A stretch of 63,315 bases of DNA, filler included, from Welwitschia mirabilis (GCA_051453625.1; 6 parts of one record of this genome joined end to end with filler, not necessarily neighbours in it), one strand, 5' to 3'. Positions 1 to 14,644 are shown, counted from the first letter of the whole stretch. Program-made: numbers and translations. The notes: a model not told the origin generated them from the sequence alone.

Positions 1-3000
1 GAACCTATATGAATTATCTTGGAATTGGCTGATACAGCAATCAAGAAACCATTAGGAATTATCAAGGACTTAGTTATCTAAATTAAGGAACCTTTTTACC
101 CCATATATGTTGTAATCATTAAGATAGAACATGATAGAGGTTATCCACTCCTTTTAGGAAGAGACTTTTATGTACTTGTCCATTGTATCATTGATACATG
201 ATCTGGGATGATGGGATGTCATTTTAGTAATAAATAGTTTANNNNNNNNNNNNNNNNNNNNNNNNNNNNNNNNNNNNNNNNNNNNNNNNNNNNNNNNNNN
301 NNNNNNNNNNNNNNNNNNNNNNNNNNNNNNNNNNNNNNNNNNNNNNNNNNNNNNNNNNNNNNNNNNNNNNNNNNNNNNNNNNNNNNNNNNNNNNNNNNNN
401 NNNNNNNNNNNNNNNNNNNNNNNNNNNNNNNNNNNNNNNNNNNNNNNNNNNNNNNNNNNNNNNNNNNNNNNNNNNNNNNNNNNNNNNNNNNNNNNNNNNN
501 NNNNNNNNNNNNNNNNNNNNNNNNNNNNNNNNNNNNNNNNNNNNNNNNNNNNNNNNNNNNNNNNNNNNNNNNNNNNNNNNNNNNNNNNNNNNNNNNNNNN
601 NNNNNNNNNNNNNNNNNNNNNNNNNNNNNNNNNNNNNNNNNNNNNNNNNNNNNNNNNNNNNNNNNNNNNNNNNNNNNNNNNNNNNNNNNNNNNNNNNNNN
701 NNNNNNNNNNNNNNNNNNNNNNNNNNNNNNNNNNNNNNNNNNNNNNNNNNNNNNNNNNNNNNNNNNNNNNNNNNNNNNNNNNNNNNNNNNNNNNNNNNNN
801 NNNNNNNNNNNNNNNNNNNNNNNNNNNNNNNNNNNNNNNNNNNNNNNNNNNNNNNNNNNNNNNNNNNNNNNNNNNNNNNNNNNNNNNNNNNNNNNNNNNN
901 NNNNNNNNNNNNNNNNNNNNNNNNNNNNNNNNNNNNNNNNNNNNNNNNNNNNNNNNNNNNNNNNNNNNTCTTGATTAAGTACTTAATAGAATTGAAGGTC
1001 ATGACTGCTATTATTTTCTTAATGGGCATAGGATCTCTAATCAAATTTTTATAGCAAGTGAAGACCAAGCTAAAACCACTTTTACCTCATCCTTTAGAAC
1101 CTTTGCTTTTATACAAATGCCCTTTGGATCTTGCAATGCCCCTAAAACCTTTCAACGAGTCATGGTAGGGATATTTTCTAACATGATAGAGGATTCTATT
1201 AAAATCTTTATGGATGGATTCTCCATCTTTGATGATACTTTTGAATAAACTATAGAGAAATTAGAGAAAGTCCNNNNNNNNNNNNNNNNNNNNNNNNNNN
1301 NNNNNNNNNNNNNNNNNNNNNNNNNNNNNNNNNNNNNNNNNNNNNNNNNNNNNNNNNNNNNNNNNNNNNNNNNTTGAATAAACTATAGAGAAATTAGAGA
1401 AAGTCCTAGATCGATGTATTAAGAGTGGCTTACATTTGAGTTGGAAAAAGAGTTTTCTTCCTATCAACCATGAAATTATCTTAGGTCATCATATTTTAAA
1501 ATAAGGGATTAGGATGGATTCCACAAAAGTTGATATCATTAAAAACCTTAGCTCTCCAACTAATGTCAAACAAGTTATATCTTTGCTTAGTCATGTTGGT
1601 TCTTAGTGATGTTTTATTCATGATTATACCAGGATTTGTAAACCTCTCCACTTCTTACTTGAAAAAGATAATAAATTCAATTAGAATAATTCATATCAAC
1701 TTGTATTTCAAACTTTTTTCTTCTGAATCTATTATCAAAGGCGCAATTGAAGTAAGGATTTTGAACTTATGTATGATGTAAGCAACATTACTATGGGTGG
1801 GGTTCTTGGTCAAAAGTATGAAAATGATTTTAAAGCCATATCTTATCTTAGTAAAATTTTGTCTCAAGCCCAATCCAACTACACTACTATTGAAAGGGAA
1901 ATGCTTGAAATTATCTTTTGCCTAGATCATCTTTGACATTATTTTCTTGAGTTTTACATTAATGTTTACATAGATCATACAACCAGCCGCTATCTTATGG
2001 CTAAAAAAGACTCTAGTACTAGACTTATTAGGTAGATTCTTCTCATGCATGAATTTAATCTCACATCATCGATAAGGCTAGAAAACATAATAGTGTTACC
2101 AATCATCTATCTTGACTTCTTGCTCTCATGATGAACTTTCTATAAATGACTATTTTTTAGGTGAACAACTATTTACGATTGAGAAACTCTATGTTATCTC
2201 TTCTACTCATCCTGGTTCTTGATATGCTAATATTATGAACTATCTTGTTACTATGAAAACTCCTTGGCATTGGAATCATAACCAATGTAAATGTTTTCTT
2301 CATAGGATCAATAATTATAAGTGCAATGAACCCCATCTTTATAGATGTTATAAGGATCAAATCATACGTAAATGTATACCTAAGTGGAAAAGCTTAGAAA
2401 TCCTAAAACTTTGTCATGGTGGGGTATGTGGGTAATACTTTAGTGACTAAAAGACCATTATGAAAGTTCTTCACTTCAGTTTCTATTGACCTACTCTTTA
2501 CAAGGATTTATTTGACTTTTCTAGAAGGTGTGATGAATTTCAATGTTACAGTAGCCTAACTCATTTTAAGATATGCCCCTCAAACCTATACTTGAATGTG
2601 AACCTTTTAATTATTAGGGAATTAACTTTGTAGGCCTGATTACACTGCCTTCTCATAATAAAAATTTTATCCTTGTAGCGGTTGATTATGTTGCTAAGTG
2701 AATAAAAGTTATTCCTACTACCAAAAATGATACCTGAACCATTTGCAATTTTGTTTGAACTCATATCTTTGAACATTTTAGTTTCTTATGAATTATTATT
2801 AATAATCAATAAACTCATTTCATTAACTACCTTTTTCAAAAACTCCTTTTGTTCATTGGTATTAAATATAAAATTACATGTGCCTATCATCCTCAAACTA
2901 ATGGCCAAGCCAAAAATGCAAATACAGAAATAAAAAGATGCTTCAAAAATTAGTCTCTCTTAATAGAAAAACATGGACCTCTAAACTTAATGATATTCTT

Positions 3001-3500
3001 TGGGCTTATCATATTACTTGGTGTAACTCTCAAGGTTTCTTATCATCTGAACTTATGTACAAAAAAGTTTTTGTTTTACTAGTTAATGTTTGCTATAATT
3101 CTTATTGATCCACTTATTAACTTAACCTTGTAGAAGTGAATAAAAACCTTAAAACTTAATTAGTCCAACTTGACCATTTAGATGAAAAATGTATTCATCT
3201 CTTATATCGTCAACTCGTTCATAAAGCTCAAGCCAAATTCAAACATGATAAAAATATTATTTATAAGTAGCTTAAACCTGGTCAACTTGTCCTTCTATAT
3301 AACACATAAGTACACCTTTTGCACAACAAGTTAACTTCTAAATGGTTAGGTCCTTATCTTATGGAAAAAGCACATTTAAATGGCTCAGTTGAAATCTCCA
3401 ATTAAAACACTAGTTAAATTAAAAAATTTAATGGACAAAGGTTAAAAATTTATACTTCATCTTCTAATGAAATCTTAAACATAATAGAAGCACTTGTTTT
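1..3500 (+). mobile_element. Degenerate Athila-like Ty3/gypsy pol (protease-RT-RNaseH-integrase), interrupted by gaps
   Basis: Manual translation gives protease LELADTAIKKPLGII..PLLLGRDF (1-170), RT DQAKTTF..MPFGSCNAPKTFQR..FMDGFS (1060-1235), RNaseH NYTTIEREML (~1880) and integrase YHPQTNGQA (~2885). Many stops and frameshifts. Confidence 0.9.
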
Positions 3501-6500
3501 AGAAGCCCATCTTAATGAGGAGGACCTTCCTCTTGTCATTGTCTAAATTTCTTCTTAACTTATTTCTTANNNNNNNNNNNNNNNNNNNNNNNNNNNNNNN
3601 NNNNNNNNNNNNNNNNNNNNNNNNNNNNNNNNNNNNNNNNNNNNNNNNNNNNNNNNNNNNNNNNNNNNNNNNNNNNNNNNNNNNNNNNNNNNNNNNNNNN
3701 NNNNNNNNNNNNNNNNNNNNNNNNNNNNNNNNNNNNNNNNNNNNNNNNNNNNNNNNNNNNNNNNNNNNNNNNNNNNNNNNNNNNNNNNNNNNNNNNNNNN
3801 NNNNNNNNNNNNNNNNNNNNNNNNNNNNNNNNNNNNNNNNNNNNNNNNNNNNNNNNNNNNNNNNNNNNNNNNNNNNNNNNNNNNNNNNNNNNNNNNNNNN
3901 NNNNNNNNNNNNNNNNNNNNNNNNNNNNNNNNNNNNNNNNNNNNNNNNNNNNNNNNNNNNNNNNNNNNNNNNNNNNNNNNNNNNNNNNNNNNNNNNNNNN
4001 NNNNNNNNNNNNNNNNNNNNNNNNNNNNNNTAACTTGACATATGTATTTACTTATGAAGTTTTCATGATTACTAATATTCTACTGGGCCATTTAGATGAT
4101 AAGATTGACTTCATCAATCTTCAAACATTCATATATATATAAACTTCATTTTCAAGGAAGATGTCTTGATTTTTTGTTCTCTTTTAATGGTATGAATAAT
4201 TAGGTATTTTTGCATGTTCTTACTTTATTACTCATCTCATTACTTTACTTTTATTCTTACAAATACTTGATCATGTGGAATGTTATCCACAAGAGNNNNN
4301 NNNNNGAAACAAAATAAAGACCATATTCTTTCATGTTATATCTCAAAAACGTGATCACCATGATGTCCTACCACAAGCACACTAGGGCAAATTTTCCTAA
4401 AAGGGGCCTTTGACAGTGTGATATGGTAGCTATGGAAACTCTACTAGGGGGTTAGTTGGCCATGCTATGCAGGTCCTTACTCCTCTGATAGTGGTTGCAC
4501 TTTCCTTATCATAGTAGAATACATTGCACTTCAAAGCCATGAGATCAATGGTATTCCTAGTATCATTAGAAGCATTCCTTATTTTTTAGATTCATTTTAT
4601 TTATTTATTTATAGTACTTTTACATGATCACTCTACTTTTCAGATTCTATTATTTTTATTTGACATAGTGGCTTGTAAGTTCCTATTTTAATAACTTTTT
4701 ATCTTATCATTCATTATTTGATAACATTAGTCATACTTGACATCATCATAACCATTGCCTAATTAAGTGGTACTGTCTAGTTTCTACATACTATCATACA
4801 TCTTTTATTAAGTGATTTTACGATTATTGCCAAAGGAANNNNNNNNNNNNNNNNNNNNNNNNNNNNNNNNNNNNNNNNNNNNNNNNNNNNNNNNNNNNNN
4901 NNNNNNNNNNNNNNNNNNNNNNNNNNNNNNNNNNNNNNTCATGCTATATCTTAAAAACGTGGTCATCATGATGTCCTACCACAAGCACACCAGGGCAAAT
5001 TTTCCCAAAAGGGGCCTTTGACAATGTGATAGGGTAGCTATGGAAACTCTACTAAGGGGTTAGTTAGCCATGCTATGCAAGTCCTTACTCCTATGATAGT
5101 GGTTGCACTTTCCTTATCATGGTAGAATACATTGCACTTCAAAGCCATGAGATCAATGGTATTCCTAGTATCATTAGAAGCATTGCTTATTTTTTAGATT
5201 CATTTTATTTATTTATTTATAGTACTTTTATATGATAACTCTACTTTTCAGATTCTAGTCTTTTTATTTGATATAGTAGCTTGTAAGTTCCTATTTTAAC
5301 AACTTTTTATCTTATCATTCATTATTTGATAACATTAGTCATACTTGACATCATCATAACTATTGCCTAATTGAGTGGTACTTTCTAGTTTCTACATACT
5401 ATCATACATCTTTCATTAAGTGATTTTATGATTATTGCCAAAGGAATTTATTAGGTTAGAATTTAGGATAAGTAAGCAATATTATTTATGTTCATAGTTG
5501 TTCATTTTCATTTTGTTTTCCTTTAGCTATTTTGTTGGATTTCTCAAAGTCATTTCACATACTTTTTTAGCATAATATTATGGATCTAATTATTTTCTAG
5601 TTTTTTGTTGATGTATGTTCCTAGTTTTTATAGAGGATTGTTGTTCTCTTTTTGATAGGTTCCCTAAATAAATGAGTTCTAGTTCTTCTTTTGTCTTGAG
5701 TTTGAGNNNNNNNNNNNNNNNNNNNNNNNNNNNNNNNNNNNNNNNNNNNNNNNNNNNNNNNNNNNNNNNNNNNNNNNNNNNNNNNNNNNNNNNNNNNNNN
5801 NNNNNNNNNNNNNNNNNNNNNNNNNNNNNNNNNNNNNNNNNNNNNNNNNNNNNNNNNNNNNNNNNNNNNNNNNNNNNNNNNNNNNNNNNNNNNNNNNNNN
5901 NNNNNNNNNNNNNNNNNNNNNNNNNNNNNNNNNNNNNNNNNNNNNNNNNNNNNNNNNNNNNNNNNNNNNNNNNNNNNNNNNNNNNNNNNNNNNNNNNNNN
6001 NNNNNNNNNNNNNNNNNNNNNNNNNNNNNNNNNNNNNNNNNNNNNNNNNNNNNNNNNNNNNNNNNNNNNNNNNNNNNNNNNNNNNNNNNNNNNNNNNNNN
6101 NNNNNNNNNNNNNNNNNNNNNNNNNNNNNNNNNNNNNNNNNNNNNNNNNNNNNNNNNNNNNNNNNNNNNNNNNNNNNNNNNNNNNNNNNNNNNNNNNNNN
6201 NNNNNNNNNNNNNNNNNNNNNNNNNNNNNNNNNNNNNNNNNNNNNNNNNNNNNNNNNNNNNNNNNNNNNNNNNNNNNNNNNNNNNNNNNNNNNNNNNNNN
6301 NNNNNNNNNNNNNNNNNNNNNNNNNNNNTGAGCTATCAATGTTACATTTTATGATTTCTATATGTGTATGACATTCATTTATTCTATGGTAACATGCTTA
6401 AGTAGGGGGCTTAGAGACATTTTTAGTATTTGTATCAATTAATCTGTTTGTGATATCTATTCTTACATGATTTAATTAAACTCAATTTTCATCTTTCTAA

Positions 6501-6584
6501 TGTTATTCTATCTTAGTCAAATTGGCTCGTAATATATTTAATCACTTATTTTGTCAGGAACTAACAAGATTAAGTAGGGGGCTA

Positions 6585-7830
6585 TGTTGTGATGCCAATT
6601 TATAGAAATTTGATGGTGTATTTTAAGTGCTTTTGTAGGACATTTATATAGGTTTGGATGTAATACTGATAATTATGGAGATCTGACAGAATGATCATTG
6701 AAACACATGATTTCTAGCATATTTGGAGGTTTCTCAAGCTTATTCTAACATTGCATACTTAGAAGAAGGATTCACCATTAAGAAAACTGACTTACCTTTG
6801 AGATTGAAAATAAGGAAGCCTATTGTCCCCTCTTTTGTCTCCACAATAGGCAGGACAATAACACTGCTAACATGGGTAGAAGCTGTGGGGTTAACAGTGA
6901 GGAATAAAGTTGATGAAGTTATTTTTGACGTAGAGTGATGTTCCCTCTATCATCCCCATGATAGTTAGGATAATAGCTATTTTTCTATGGTTGAAAGAGT
7001 TATCTTTGTAATGGAATCAAGTGACCCATTTTGGCTATTAGCATTTTTTTCCTAACTTCTAGGGTTAAGCTTTTATAACTTTAATGTAAAACTATAAATA
7101 CCCTTTCCATCCATTTCTATTTCTATCTTTTATACCGGATATGATTGTGATGAAATATTAAAGGATAAGAGGTTCATCTAGTAGCTACAGAAAAGAGTTT
7201 TCTTAGTGTTAGGTTGAGTCTCTTTCATTGATGTGCTTCTATTTTATTGTAAGTGGATGTAAAGTTCTTTGAATTAATACAATTATTCTTTTATTTCAAT
7301 TCTATTTATGTCCCTTATAATTTAAGTTGATTATAGTTTAAGTGATGATTTTATAATTTATTTAGACCATAAGTGTAACCTTTGTTAAGGTTGACTTTGA
7401 TTAGTTGAGATTTGTATTGTTATTTCATTTCTATTCCACACTGCATTCCATATTCTATTTGGTATATCTCATAATTCATGTTGATTAGAAATAAGTTAAA
7501 CACTCTTCTTAATTAATTTTAATTATAGAGAAGCTAGTTCTCATAATATGAGAATTAGGATCCAATAGAATTCATTTCACTTCCATTTTCATTTTGTCTC
7601 TATTCACTTTGCATTACATTTTACTTTGTTATTTGCTTTCAGTTATTAAAAGATAAGAAAACTAAAAATACCTTTTGAAATCAATCCTCTAACTCTGTGC
7701 CTAGTGCCTTCATTAGGATCACAACATTCGAATGAACTCTCATCTATACTAGTATGTGTTTTTCTATAAGTAATTTGATTTATAAGTTTACCTAAAGGAC
7801 TTCAGGATTGCATAAATTCACACTACAATA
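6585..7830 (+). mobile_element. 3' LTR of the Athila-like element, preceded by a polypurine tract (PPT)
   Basis: PPT AAGTAGGGGG (6572-6581) is followed by TGTTGTG. The end cacactacaata matches the end cacactgcaaca of the related LTR at 14623. Confidence 0.7.
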
Positions 7831-7834
7831 TTAT

Positions 7835-8370
7835 AGCATTTTGGTTAAAATCTATGAAAAGAGATTATTATCAAAGTAAAGAGACACCTATAAGCTGCTC
7901 AAGACTGGTATAAGAAATATTATGATTAGAAACATCGGACCCCCATGTTCCAAGTTAGTGTACAAGTACTTTTAAAAATCAAGCCAGAGAGGAACTCTCT
8001 ATAAATGGGGAAGTATAGCAAGATTTCCCCTCAATATTATGATTCATTTAAGAGTATCTAAATGATATGGGACCTAGCCTATAAATTAGAACTATCTTTT
8101 CAATTATTCTAGGTTCACCCAGTTTTCTATATAAGCACATTGAAACCTTACTATAAGGATAATAACCAAGACTACACCCTAAATGAGTAGCATATTATAC
8201 TCACATTCGACTTAACCTTTATTGTTCAACCTAAAAAAGTCTTCGATACTAGATCTAAGCACTTCAAAAATAAAAATATAAAGGAAGTACTCATCTAATG
8301 GATCCATTGTAATCAACAAACTTGGGTAAACAGGGTGTATATGTAGGAGACCTTTTCCAAAATTTTGAAT
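7835..8370 (+). mobile_element. Chromovirus-type Ty3/gypsy integrase C-terminus and chromodomain remnant
   Basis: Translates to HL*AAQDWYKKYYD..MFQV, GDLAYKLEL..VHPVFYISTLKPY and VFDTRSKHFKNKNIKEVLI*W. These match the GPY/F region and chromodomain of chromoviral integrases. Confidence 0.75.
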
Positions 8371-9099
8371 AAAAGATGATATGTTATTTCCTTTCTTTTT
8401 AGTGCATTTCTTAATATACAATGTTCTTTTTTTCCTTATGTTTTATAGATAATATAGAAACTAATCTGGATGAGCATGCCTACATGAATGACGTGAGAAG
8501 AAGAGAAACTGCACTTAAGGATGAGCATAATGATTAAGGGTGAGTGAATTTAATGTTTTAAATTCACAATTTTTAATGAAGTTTGTTAAGATGCTAAATG
8601 AGCATGATTAAGGAGTTGTTATGAATGGGTATGATCTAAATATGTAAAACTATTTCCTTTCATTATGCTAGTTAAGCTTATGGCGTTAGTGGAAATGAAT
8701 AGACTAGGTAAATATAACTAATGGCAACCTTGGTTGATCCTCAAGAGTCCCANNNNNNNNNNNNNNNNNNNNNNNNNNNNNNNNNNNNNNNNNNNNNNNN
8801 NNNNNNNNNNNNNNNNNNNNNNNNNNNNNNNNNNNNNNNNNNNNNNNNNNNNCTTTCATTATGCTAGTTAAGCTTATGGCATTAGTGAAAATGAATAGAC
8901 TAGGTAAATGTAACCAATAACAACCTTGGTTGATCCTCAAGAGTCCCAGAAGGAGGAATCAGGTCATAGTCCACATCTTTACTTTTGATTGCTAGTCTAG
9001 GGCTATTAGCTAATGATAAGAAATTCAATCTTATTAATAATAAAATTCATGTTTGCTTAAATTATTCCTTATTATTCTTATTAATCATGGCATAATATT

Positions 9100-11900
9100 T
9101 ACATATTCCTATTTGCAATGAAATGATCTTAAAACAATAAAATGGAAATTACATCAACACTTATCATCTTTAAATTAATGGTAAAGCTAAAAATGCTAAT
9201 AAAGAAATAAATAAAAAAATTAACATCCTAAAATATAAAGTCTTGGTCTGTTAAATTTTATAATGTACTTTGGGCTTATTATACCACTTGGCGTAATTCA
9301 CTTGGTTTTTCTCTTTGTGAACTTGTGCATGATAAAGCTTATTTTCTTCCAATTGATGTATGTTGTAATTCCTATAAAACCATTTATCAACTTAGTATTA
9401 CATATTTTGATGATAATCTTCAACATAAACTAGTTCAACTTTAACATGTTGATGAGCAACGAAATCATGATATTCATAGATAACTCATCAAAAACACTAA
9501 AGTAAAATTTCACCATCACAAAAACCTTACCTCTAAATCTTTTCAACCTAATTAGTTGATTCTATTATTCAATACCTAGTTGCATCTTCTTCATAATAAA
9601 TTGACCTCTAAATGACTAGGTCTTTATCAAATAGAAAAAGTACATCTTAATGGCTCTATTAAGATTTCTAATTTAAACACTCATAAAAAGTTCAAAGTAA
9701 GTAGACAACAGTTGAAGTTATATCAATCACCTGATTATTGTTATTTACCATGGATATGATTTAAGCAATTGACTTAGATCATACTTTTACCTAAGAAGGA
9801 CATCTTCCCTTTACCATTATTTAAATAGTTTCTTAGCCAGATTTTTTGGTAGATTCATCTTACTATTTGTTTATTTACTAAGTTGGTTTTATGTTAGATT
9901 GCATATAAGTTTTCATAAAACTAATATTTACTTTAAATGTTTAAAATAATAAAGATTGGATTTTATTCAATCTAAAACATTTCAATATCTATGAACTTCA
10001 TTGTTCATGATAATTTTCATTAAGTGTTAGTTGTATCAAATCAAAAGCAAAACCATAACTTTGTACTTAGTTAATTTATAATTTCAATGATTTATTAATG
10101 TTTTAAAAATGAAATCATAGCAATTTAAAAAACATGTGAGGAAGAAAATAAAATCTCCAAGTAAATTTCATGATATTCTACTACAAGCATACCAAGGTAA
10201 ATTTCTTTGAAAAGAACTTTTGACAGTATGATATAGTAGCTATGGAAACTCCATTAAAGAGTTAGTTGACTATGATTTATTTTTAACTTATAGGTTTTTA
10301 CTCTTTGGCACTAATTGCACTCTACTTATTATGATGAATGGTATTTTTTTAACACCTTATTAACTTAATTCCTATAACTCTAAAATCATAACTCCATAAT
10401 CATAATAGAACATATGGATCATTGGATGATATATTAGCAAAGCCTCATTATTTCTTTAGTAAATGATTAGAATGATTTTAGTTCTGATATTGTATTAATA
10501 ATTTATAAAATAATTATTTGATATTGTTCAAATTATTTTCTCTACCACATAAAGCTTATTATGGTCTAGCACTAAATTATGCATCTTTACTATTAAGCAG
10601 TTCTATGATAAATATCAGTGAGTTTGGTTAGGTTAGTATTTAGGGTAAAATAGTTAACTTTCTCCATATACCTTTATGTTCATTTGTATTTTTCATCTTC
10701 TTGAGTGTTTTTATTTGGATGTATCAAATCCATTTTTACATTTTAATTTCATCTTAATAAAATGTATAGCCTTTTAGCTTGTCATTATTTCTAGTTCTTT
10801 GACCTTCTCCTGATCATACTCTTGCTTTCACTTTTTAACACTAATTTCATCTCCATCTTAGATTTTACCTCATCAAGTATGCTTGCTACTTTTTCTTTTT
10901 ATTTTTTTAGTTGTGTATTTTTGCTTTATTTTTTGAGTTATTTTATATTCCTCGATACTTTGAGCCTCTTCCTTCTAATTATCGCATGTGAACTTACTTA
11001 AAATTTAGGAAAAATTTATCTACTTCATAGGGAAAATTTTTGGAATTTTGGCTTTGATTAGAATAAAATTGTATAACTAAATTCATAATTTTACATTTGA
11101 TATTTATCTTTCTCAATGTTTAACAAAATGTAAGATCATTTATACTTGAGTGCCATTTTTCATCTGCTTTACAAATTAGCCCACTTCTATTTATTTTTGC
11201 TTTCTTTATTAGAGACTGACAAACACTTAGTGGGGGGATATGTTATAAGGCCAATTTGGCTTATTTGATGGTACTATTAGAGTGTAATTATAGGTCCATT
11301 TAACAAGTTTCCAAGCAAATTAGAAATAGTTTGAAGCTCAATCAAAATGATCATACAAAATATTAAATTTGAATATTATGAACCATTTTCTAACATATTC
11401 CAAACTTCCTAACTTATCCAAAGAATTATGAATCTAGTTCATAATGATGATTGATGATTAGAAGGATTATAAAATTAAGAAAAAAGAGTCTCTCCTCCTA
11501 GTTATCCAAATGATACTCAAAAGATAATTACACTAATCAATAAATTTGGAAATCAGGTTTCTACCGATAAGCATTATAATATCATCTAGATGACACTCAA
11601 ATGAATGAAAGCCATTTATAAAGATAAATTATATTTTGAAAATATCCTTAAAAGATGATAGAATATACCATAAAATTTAAGTCCTTTAACAAACATAGGG
11701 ATGTATCAATTAAACTAGAAGTCATGATCAAGTTTATGGGAAAATCTAATCTTAACCCATGTAATTGTAAAAGATGAAGAAAGACTAATTACATTAGGAA
11801 AATGTTTCACATGCTAATAGGAAAGCTAGTTATAAGTAAAGGAGGTAGAGGAGACTTTAAAACTCTATCATTCCTTTAGTCATCTAGACAACACCTCAAG
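9100..11900 (+). mobile_element. Second Athila-like element: integrase end, 3' noncoding region, PPT and truncated 3' LTR
   Basis: Eroded YHL*INGKAKNANKEI at ~9162, collinear with 2880-3540. The 10150-10330 segment resembles 4360-4520. PPT AGTGGGGGGA (11229-11238) is followed by TG at 11241. Confidence 0.75.
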
Positions 11901-11906
11901 CAGGAA

Positions 11907-14623
11907 TCATGCATTGCCAAATTGTATGTATTTGATGAATGTTATGAGCTATTTCATAGGACATTTATATAAGTTTAGACACAATTCTAATGATTATGGA
12001 GAATTAATGGACAATTATAGAAATGTGTAATCCTTGGCATCTTTAAAGGCATTTAAAACATATTCTAATACTTAGTGCCTTAGAGGAAGATTATGAATAA
12101 AAAGGTAGATTTCTCTTGNNNNNNNNNNNNNNNNNNNNNNNNNNNNNNNNNNNNNNNNNNNNNNNNNNNNNNNNNNNNNNNNNNNNNNNNNNNNNNNNNN
12201 NNNNNNNNNNNNNNNNNNNNNNNNNNNNNNNNNNNNNNNNNNNNNNNNNNNNNNNNNNNNNNNNNNNNNNNNNNNNNNNNNNNNNNNNNNNNNNNNNNNN
12301 NNNNNNNNNNNNNNNNNNNNNNNNNNNNNNNNNNNNNNNNNNNNNNNNNNNNNNNNNNNNNNNNNNNNNNNNNNNNNNNNNNNNNNNNNNNNNNNNNNNN
12401 NNNNNNNNNNNNNNNNNNNNNNNNNNNNNNNNNNNNNNNNNNNNNNNNNNNNNNNNNNNNNNNNNNNNNNNNNNNNNNNNNNNNNNNNNNNNNNNNNNNN
12501 NNNNNNNNNNNNNNNNNNNNNNNNNNNNNNNNNNNNNNNNNNNNNNNNNNNNNNNNNNNNNNNNNNNNNNNNNNNNNNNNNNNNNNNNNNNNNNNNNNNN
12601 NNNNNNNNNNNNNNNNNNNNNNNNNNNNNNNNNNNNNNNNNNNNNNNNNNNNNNNTTAATGGACAATTATATAAATGTGTAATCCTTTGCATCTTTAAAG
12701 GCATTTAAAAAATATTCTAATACTTAGTGCCTTATAGGAAGATTATGAATAAAAAGGTAGATTTCTCTTGAGTTAGAAAGATAAGGAGGATTATTGTTTC
12801 CCATGTCATCCCTACAACAGCTAGTACAACAGCCCTACACAAGCTAAACTGAATGCTGACATGGACTAAAGCTAGAACCAAAGCAATGCTCTTTTGTAAA
12901 GGTGTCATCCCCCAAGTCATCCCTATGACATGTAGGACAACAAATATAATGCATGTACCATCATGCCCTCATTTTCTCGACGATGATCAGGATGACACCT
13001 AAGATAGCCAATCGATCTTCATCCATTTTACCCATTTCTTTCTTGGATTTAAGCATGTTTTTTAGTGCATATTATGTGACAGTTTTACCTTCTAATTTAT
13101 ATAAATAAATCCTTCCTCAACATTCCTATGCATCTTTGATGCACTATACATTCTCGTGATAGGAAATNNNNNNNNNNNNNNNNNNNNNNNNNNNNNNNNN
13201 NNNNNNNNNNNNNNNNNNNNNNNNNNNNNNNNNNNNNNNNNNNNNNNNNNNNNNNNNNNNNNNNNNNTATCATTCCCCCTGTCATCCCTACAACAGCTAG
13301 TACAATAGCCCTACACAAGCTAAATTGAATGCTGACATGGACTGAAGCTAAAACCAAAGCAATGCTCTTTTGTAAAGGTGTCATCCCCCAGGTCATTCCT
13401 ATGACATGTAGGACAACAAATATAATGCATGTACCATCATGCCCTTCGTTTTCTCAACGACGATCAGGATGACACCTAAGATAGCCAATCAATCTTCATC
13501 CATTTCACCCATTTCTTTCTTGGATTTAAGCATGTTTTTTAGTGCATATTGTGTGACAGTTTTACCTTCTAATTTGTATAAATAAATTCTTCCTCAACAT
13601 TCCTATCCATCTTTGATGCACTATACATTCTCATGATAGAAAATCAAAGGACGGGAGATCCATCTTATGAGTTACAAAAAGATGTTTCCTTGGTGTTGTG
13701 CTATGCATCCTTCATTGTGATGCATCTATTTTATAACCCAGATACTGGTTTGAATATTAATACAAAATCTATTTCTCTTTTGTACATTTATACTATTAAA
13801 CATCCCTTATGATTTATGTTATTCTTGATTCAGTGACAATTTCATTAATGAGATAGGTCTTAAAGGTAACGTTTATTAAGGTTAGTGAAAGTAGTTTAGA
13901 ATCATTTTGCATTACATTTATTTGACTCATTTGATAGCCTAAGTTGGTCTTAGTTAGTAACAGTCACCCTGATTGATTTAGATTATATAGGACTAATCTT
14001 TCTGATAAGTCGATTCGATACTCGATAGGTGTTCATCTAGGTTAAGTCACATTTGCATTACCTTGCATATTTATTTTCCTACATCGTTTTTAAGTTTAGG
14101 ATATGGTATTTATCCTTCTTCTCTTATGTACTTTCAATGGGTTTATGACATTTGGGTCACTCCCATCTATACTAGAGTATCATATTTTGCAATATATATT
14201 TTGATTGACAGGATTCTGTAAGACATAAAGGATTGCAAAAATACACACNNNNNNNNNNNNNNNNNNNNNNNNNNNNNNNNNNNNNNNNNNNNNNNNNNNN
14301 NNNNNNNNNNNNNNNNNNNNNNNNNNNNNNNNNNNNNNNNNNNNNNNNGATTATATAGGACTAATCTTTCTGATAAGTCGATTCGATACTCGATAGGTTT
14401 TCATCTAGGTTAAGTCACATTTGCATTACCTTGCATATTTATTTTCCTACATTGTTTTTAAGTTTAGGATATGGTATTTCTCCTTCTTCTCTTATGTACT
14501 TTCAATGGGTTTATGACATTTGGGTTACTCCCATCTATACTAGAGTATCATATTTTGCAATATATATTTTGATTGACAGGATTCAGTAAGACATAAAGGA
14601 TTGCAAAAATACACACTGCAACA
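11907..14623 (+). mobile_element. 5' LTR of an Athila-like element (length inflated by gaps and duplicated contig ends)
   Basis: Similar to LTR 6585-7830 at both ends. Ends ...ctgcaaCA at 14623, directly before a primer-binding site (PBS). The left boundary is approximate. Confidence 0.7.
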
Positions 14624-14626
14624 TCT

Positions 14627-14644
14627 TGGTGTCGTTGTCATGGA
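14627..14644 (+). promoter_or_regulatory. Athila-type primer-binding site, eroded
   Basis: TGGTGTCGTTGTCATGGA versus the Athila consensus TGGCGCCGTTGCCGGGGA, 3 nt after the LTR end. Confidence 0.75.

Noticed and set aside
1241..1406. 33-bp direct repeat around a gap (similar cases at 8656-8948 and 13981-14617)
   Set aside because: Near-identical contig-end overlaps, most likely assembly artefacts.
12732..13396. Repeated hydrophobic ORF MTWGMTPLQK...
   Set aside because: Lies in a duplicated LTR segment with a non-ATG start and no protein support.
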